Assembly: GCA_944350065.1 (NCBI GenBank)
Contig: CALVOD010000002.1
Span: 1-50,921, forward strand
DNA from: an uncultured Clostridia bacterium
GTDB taxonomy: Bacteria; Bacillota; Clostridia; Christensenellales; DTU072
DNA length: 50,921 bases
Reading direction: 5' to 3'
The notes below the pieces were generated by a model. That model had not been told where the DNA came from. It worked only from the letters and a program-made list of their open reading frames with translations, and did not search any database. A program made the position numbers and the translations under genes. Position 1 is the stretch's first letter, and the number at the start of each line of letters is the position of its first letter. Positions 47,301 through 50,921 of the stretch are shown piece after piece.

Positions 47301-47943
47301 CGGGCACCCTCTGCACGGTTACGAAAAGGATTTTGAGGTATTCAATTTCAACACGTCGATGATACCGCGCCGCAAAGACGATGACGAGGACGAGGAATCG
47401 GCGGAGATGGAAGCGCTGTCCGACGATCCGATACTCATACAGGACAATATGGAGGTTACGACGGGCGGCATACTCGCAAGCGTGCAGCTCAAGCGCACCA
47501 AAGACGGTAAGGAAATGGCTATCCTCGTTATAGAAGATATGTACGACAGGATAGAATGTATTATGATGTCGCGCGCCTTCGCAATCTCGCGCAAATATCT
47601 TATAGCCGACACGCTTGTCAAGATCAAGGGAAGGCTCTCCTACCGCGACGACGAATGCAAAATTTACGTTTCGGAGCTGCTGCCGTGGGATCTCAAGGAA
47701 CGCGAAGAAACCGTGGAAGCGGACGCGCGCGTGCTGTACTTCAATCTTACAGACGCGGACTTCGCGGACGGAGATAAAATAGCGCGCATAGACAAGGTGC
47801 TCGAAGCGCACCCCGGGCCCAATACCGTCAAATTCCAGTATCGGAAAGCCCTGCACGAATACAAACGCACGGTGGGCGATCTCGACGCCGCAGGCAAGGA
47901 GCTTGCCGGCATACTCGGGCCTCATAACGTCAAAATAATTTAA
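44365..47943 (+). CDS. dnaE: DNA polymerase III alpha subunit (DnaE type)
   Basis: PHP domain FIHLHVHTEYSLLDGA, catalytic PDFDIDI, HAAG, and a C-terminal OB fold. Length is 1192 aa. Confidence 0.95.
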   Translation: MPTDKGNFIHLHVHTEYSLLDGAAPVKKLVKTAKELGMPALAMTDHGNMYGTIKFVDACKSEGIKPIIGCEFYITENMHVHEGRNTEEQNKNCHLVLLAKNYEGYKNLAKLNSYAWIDGYHYKPRIDLELLEKHSDNLVCLSACIAGAIPRYILRNDYEGAKAYALKLKNMFAEGDFYIELQNHGLEEELKVNPLLVRLAREIGVKCVATNDVHYITKSDAEMHDIVLCIGTASYYDDENRMKWLPNDNFYLKTYDEMEKVLGWCPEALETPYEITEKCDFKFPPKQYQLPDYPCPDGMKSDEYLRKLAYEGLERRYGVITPEIRERAETELDVIISMGFADYYLLVWDFIYWAKNHDIPIGKGRGSGVGSIIAYAIGITDVEPLEYDLIFERFLNKDRTSMPDFDIDICYHRRGEVIQYVKDKYGEDHISQIITFGKLKKKQAIKDVARVYRLPFADVSRITKNIGNFGEEEKKVHIPDLVNPNSKYLVSDLYEQYISNPQIKKIIDIAAQIEGMPRNTSIHAAGVVIYRNPAIDTIPLARNGTETTTQFDMIEVEGLGLLKMDFLALMTLTDIKMAHDYVYAATGRDVDFNKLGYADPEVYAMISAGDTDAVFQLEGGGMKKFLTRLKPVCMEDVIAGIALYRPGPLKDIDKFISYRKNPETIVYKDPLLKDILGVTSGIIVYQEQAMMITRKLAGYTMTDADNFRSIISKKKLDKIPKERDKFINGLKDADGKVLIPGCVANGISAETALEIFGEMESFASYAFNKSHAAAYAYLCYETAFYKHYYPTEYLAAVINNRINKPDDTKKYMAVLKTMNIPLLPPDINKSSPLFSPEKEGIRYGLACIKNVGMAIMTETVKERAERGNFKDLYDFVSRMGETQLINKRVVESLIKGGAFDCFGETRATLMANYERIMAEAEAKRREKLKRETTGQFDMFSMFGEDEAVKETPFKYDRVKEYSQREKLLAEKEMLGMYITGHPLHGYEKDFEVFNFNTSMIPRRKDDDEDEESAEMEALSDDPILIQDNMEVTTGGILASVQLKRTKDGKEMAILVIEDMYDRIECIMMSRAFAISRKYLIADTLVKIKGRLSYRDDECKIYVSELLPWDLKEREETVEADARVLYFNLTDADFADGDKIARIDKVLEAHPGPNTVKFQYRKALHEYKRTVGDLDAAGKELAGILGPHNVKII

Positions 47944-47963
47944 TTCGGGTTTCCGTATTATAA

Positions 47964-48001
47964 AAAAAAGTATCCCGTACTTCGATACGGGATACTTTTT
48001 T
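47964..48001. terminator. Bidirectional rho-independent terminator between dnaE and the Cof hydrolase gene
   Basis: Stem GTATCCCGTA / TACGGGATAC with a 6-nt loop, flanked by an upstream A-run and a downstream T-run. Confidence 0.75.
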
Positions 48002-48074
48002 GTAATTCTTTCGCGCGGTAGGCGGGCGTAAGAAAACGCGCGCCGCGCGCCTTGCGTTCCGTCGCGCTCCGAAA

Positions 48075-48887
48075 CTAATCTTTAAGCGCTATGTTTTCTA
48101 TAACGTAAGCCACGCCGTCTTCCTCGCAGGAAGGGCACACGTAATCGGCTGCCTCGAGCGCTTTCTTCGACGCGTTGGCGACCATTACGCCGAGCCCTGC
48201 GTATTCCACCATCGGCACGTCGTTCAGGCTGTCGCCTATCGCGATTATTTCTTCGCGCGCGATACCGTATTTCGCGGCAAGCGCGGCTACGGCTTTAGCT
48301 TTGTTGACGTCGCCGCGAATAATCTCCACCACGAATTTCTTGCTCGTATTCACAAGGAATTCATCCCCGTATTCGGCGCTAAGCTCCTCTATATAGCCGT
48401 CCACCTTTTCGGGCGGCGTGATTATAAGCATTTTAACGGGTGAAATACCGTTTTTCTCTATGTACTCGCTGAGCGGCATTCCCGCTATCACGGGCGGCGC
48501 GAAGGTGTATTTTGCGTATTCCTCCGCGTAAGGCGTTTCGGCGGGTATGACGTAATCGTCGTGAACGTATATCTGATAATATACCCCTTCCGCGTCCAGC
48601 TTTTTCGCCACTTTCAGCGCGGATTCGTAAGGGATGGTTTCTTCGTTATAGAACTTGCCCGTATCGATATCCGCAGTCACGGCGCCCTGATACCCTATCA
48701 CTTCGCCGTGTAATCCGAGATACTTCGCGTGCGGGATTATCGCGGAGATCATTCTCCCCGTACTCAATACGAATTTACCGCCGCAAGCCACATACTTAGC
48801 TATCGCTTCACGGTTCTTTTCGCTTGCAAAACTTAACGAATCCGAAAGCGTATCGTCGAAATCGCACGCTATCATTTTGTATTTCAT
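48075..48887 (-). CDS. Cof-type HAD-IIB phosphatase
   Basis: MIACDFDDTL (DxD motif), STGR, and GDSLNDVPM. Length is 270 aa. Starts 1 nt after the uvrC stop. Confidence 0.85.
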   Translation of the reverse strand: MKYKMIACDFDDTLSDSLSFASEKNREAIAKYVACGGKFVLSTGRMISAIIPHAKYLGLHGEVIGYQGAVTADIDTGKFYNEETIPYESALKVAKKLDAEGVYYQIYVHDDYVIPAETPYAEEYAKYTFAPPVIAGMPLSEYIEKNGISPVKMLIITPPEKVDGYIEELSAEYGDEFLVNTSKKFVVEIIRGDVNKAKAVAALAAKYGIAREEIIAIGDSLNDVPMVEYAGLGVMVANASKKALEAADYVCPSCEEDGVAYVIENIALKD

Positions 48888-48888
48888 T

Positions 48889-50715
48889 TTAATCCTCCGT
48901 TCCCTCGGTATCGTCCGAATGGAAATAATCGTATACTTTTTGCGCTCTGTCCTTGCCGAAGCCGCTGACTTCCGCTATCTCATCCACGCTCGCTTCCGCT
49001 ATGCGCTCCACCTTTTTGAAATAGCTTAAAAGCGCACGCGCCCCTTTGTCGCCTACGCCCTCGATATTCTTCAAGTTGCTGCGCGTCTGCCTCTCCGAGC
49101 GTAGCTTGCGGTGATAGGTTATGGCAAATCTGTGCGCTTCGTCGCGTATGCGTTGGCAAAGTTTCAGCGCGAGACTGTCACGCGGAAGTATCACAGGTTC
49201 GCTCTCGTGCGGACGGAATATTTCCTCCTCACGTTTGGCAAGCCCCACTACCGCGATGCCGCTTCCTTCGAGTATCTCCACCGCGGAGCTTAACTGCCCT
49301 TTGCCGCCGTCCACTATGATAAGATCGGGCACCTCGGAAAAAGAAAGATCTCCTCCGCTCATTTCGTTAAGCCTTCTCGAAAGCACTTCGCGCATACAGG
49401 CAAAGTCGTCCGAACCCACGACGGTCTTTATCCTGAACCGTCTGTAACGCTCTTTGGCGGGCTCTCCGTTCACGAATACCACCATGCTCGCCACTTTGTC
49501 CGTGCCGCTAATGTTGCTTATGTCGTAGCACTCCATACGCTTCGGCGGCTTTTCGAGCGAAAGCATTTCCATCAGCTGAGTCACCGCTCCTTTCGTAAGC
49601 GCTTCGCGGGAAGCTATCTTCTGCACTGTCTTGGTTAAATTTTCGCTCGCGTTATTGTAAGCGAGCGCGACGAGCTGCGCCCGCGCTCCGCCCTTAGGCT
49701 CGAATACGTGCACCTTCGAGCCCTTCTTCGAGCTGAGATAATCGGATATCTCCGCTCCGAACTCCGGCTCCGAATTGAAAAGTATTTCGTCTGCAACTAC
49801 GGGATTGTTCTCGTAGAACTGCATAACGTATCCCGACAGAATATCGTTCGCGTCGCCCGCCTCGTTCACGCCGGTATTCTCGCTTCCTATAACTTTGCCG
49901 CCGCGCACCACCGTGTAATTGATAACGCCGTACAGCCCGTCCGTAGCGTATGCGAATATATCGAGATTGAAGTCCCTCGGCAGATTTATGTTCTGCTTCC
50001 TCACTATCTTGTCGAGAAGCTCGAGTCCTTCGCGGTAGGTTATCGCGAGTTCGAATTCCTCACGCTCCACCGCTTTTGCCATTTTCTCCGTCAGAAGTTC
50101 GCGCGCTTCCTTGTCGTTGCCGTTCAGAAAAGCTATCACTTTCTTGATTATCGCGCGGTATTCTTCGGGGGTAACCTTGCCGCAACAGGGCGCGCAGCAC
50201 CGCCCTATATGATAATTGAGGCACTCGCGTCTCGCACCCTTTTTAATGTTGCCGCAGCAGCTTCTTACGGGAAAAATCGAGTGTATGAGATCCATCGTAG
50301 CCGACGCGGAAAGCCCGAGCATATACGGTCCGAAATACTTGCTTCCGTCCGCCTTGAGCCTTCTCGTCACCTCTATCGAAGGATATTCCTCGTTCATCTT
50401 TATCTTTATATAAGGATAATTCTTGTCGTCTTTAAGCAGAATATTGTAATACGGCTTATACTGTTTGATAAGGTTGTTCTCGAGAACGAGCGCCTCGATC
50501 TCGTTCGCCGTCACAATGTATCTGAAATCGGCTATCTTCGCCACAAGTAGCTGCGTTTTTTCGGTCTGCGTGGCTGTCGAACGAAAATACTGTCTCACGC
50601 GGTTGCGAAGTATTTTCGCCTTACCCACGTAAAGCACCTGCCCGAATTCGTCGAGCATTATATAAACGCCGCTCGCAAGAGGAAGCGCTTTCAGTTTTTC
50701 GTTCAAATCGACCAT
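48889..50715 (-). CDS. uvrC: Excinuclease ABC subunit C
   Basis: GIY-YIG (GVYIMLDEFGQVLYVGKAKILRNRVRQY), a UVR domain, an RNase H-like endonuclease region and a C-terminal HhH2. Length is 608 aa. Confidence 0.93.
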   Translation of the reverse strand: MVDLNEKLKALPLASGVYIMLDEFGQVLYVGKAKILRNRVRQYFRSTATQTEKTQLLVAKIADFRYIVTANEIEALVLENNLIKQYKPYYNILLKDDKNYPYIKIKMNEEYPSIEVTRRLKADGSKYFGPYMLGLSASATMDLIHSIFPVRSCCGNIKKGARRECLNYHIGRCCAPCCGKVTPEEYRAIIKKVIAFLNGNDKEARELLTEKMAKAVEREEFELAITYREGLELLDKIVRKQNINLPRDFNLDIFAYATDGLYGVINYTVVRGGKVIGSENTGVNEAGDANDILSGYVMQFYENNPVVADEILFNSEPEFGAEISDYLSSKKGSKVHVFEPKGGARAQLVALAYNNASENLTKTVQKIASREALTKGAVTQLMEMLSLEKPPKRMECYDISNISGTDKVASMVVFVNGEPAKERYRRFRIKTVVGSDDFACMREVLSRRLNEMSGGDLSFSEVPDLIIVDGGKGQLSSAVEILEGSGIAVVGLAKREEEIFRPHESEPVILPRDSLALKLCQRIRDEAHRFAITYHRKLRSERQTRSNLKNIEGVGDKGARALLSYFKKVERIAEASVDEIAEVSGFGKDRAQKVYDYFHSDDTEGTED

Positions 50716-50812
50716 ACTGACATTATAATTCCCGCGAGTAAAAAAAGCAATTCATAATAACGGCGAAATCTTCCCGAATATAATAAATAGCTCAATAATT
50801 ATCTAAAAACGC

Positions 50813-50842
50813 TTGCGCTGCGCTTAAAAGCTATGCTATACT
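50813..50842 (+). promoter_or_regulatory. Candidate promoter for the tRNA gene
   Basis: TTGCGC, an 18-nt spacer, then TATACT, ending 16 nt before the predicted tRNA 5' end. Confidence 0.38.
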
Positions 50843-50858
50843 ATTCAAGCTGAAATAA

Positions 50859-50921
50859 GCCTCCATGGTCAAGCGGTTAAGACGTCGCCCTCTCACGGCG
50901 GAATCTGGGGTTCGATTCCCC
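50859..50921 (+). tRNA. tRNA-Glu (anticodon CUC), 3' end cut by the window edge
   Basis: Folded by hand: acceptor GCCTCCA, D-arm GTC-AAGCGGTTAA-GAC, anticodon stem TCGCC/GGCGG with loop CTCTCAC (anticodon CTC), and T-arm TGGGG-TTCGATT-CCCC. It is nearly collinear with the B. subtilis tRNA-Glu layout as I recall it. Confidence 0.85.

Noticed and set aside
48030-48056. A GC-rich near-palindrome (GCGCGCCGCGCGCC) downstream of the Cof hydrolase gene.
   Set aside because: The stem is short (5 bp). It is probably an auxiliary terminator hairpin ahead of the strong bidirectional terminator at 47964-48001, and it is not distinctive enough to call.

Overview
This window looks like core chromosome from an endospore-forming Firmicute, probably an anaerobic Clostridia-type organism. 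The sporulation genes yqfC and yqfD, plus whiA, ppdK and an anaerobic sulfatase maturase, support that reading. It is densely packed with about 45 protein genes, mostly housekeeping.

Gene order:
- Minus strand, right to left from 21.5 kb to the left edge: galK, lgt, pncB, a coiled-coil protein, pepF, a bitopic membrane protein, dnaB, yqfC, yqfD, pgpH, a ybeY-era fusion, a yqzL-like mini-ORF, recO, ppdK, dgt, pcrA, and ligA (partial, cut by the left edge).
- Then, left to right, on the plus strand unless marked: galT, dnaX, ybaB, recR, a polytopic membrane protein, a minus-strand sulfatase plus anSME operon, a membrane protein, a GT28-like protein (minus), rnj (minus), serC-serA, a membrane protein, a surface protein (minus), a NitT/TauT-type ABC transporter, a ykvI-like gene, murB, whiA, dnaE, minus-strand uvrC plus a Cof hydrolase, and a tRNA-Glu(CUC) cut by the right edge.

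I found no CRISPR array, IS or transposon, integrase, prophage gene or recognisable defence gene. I also found no multi-gene cluster of unknown function.

Best leads:
1. A single-polypeptide YbeY-Era fusion.
2. A Cys-type (formylglycine) sulfatase with an LtaS-like five-helix membrane anchor, paired with its radical-SAM maturase.
3. A PgpH homologue that lacks the extracellular sensor domain, inside a trimmed yqf cluster.
4. An untracked 48-codon yqzL-like ORF between era and recO.

Many long ORFs in the supplied track are codon-aligned antisense shadow ORFs, and I rejected them. All calls rest on reading translations and motifs by eye. No database search was run.
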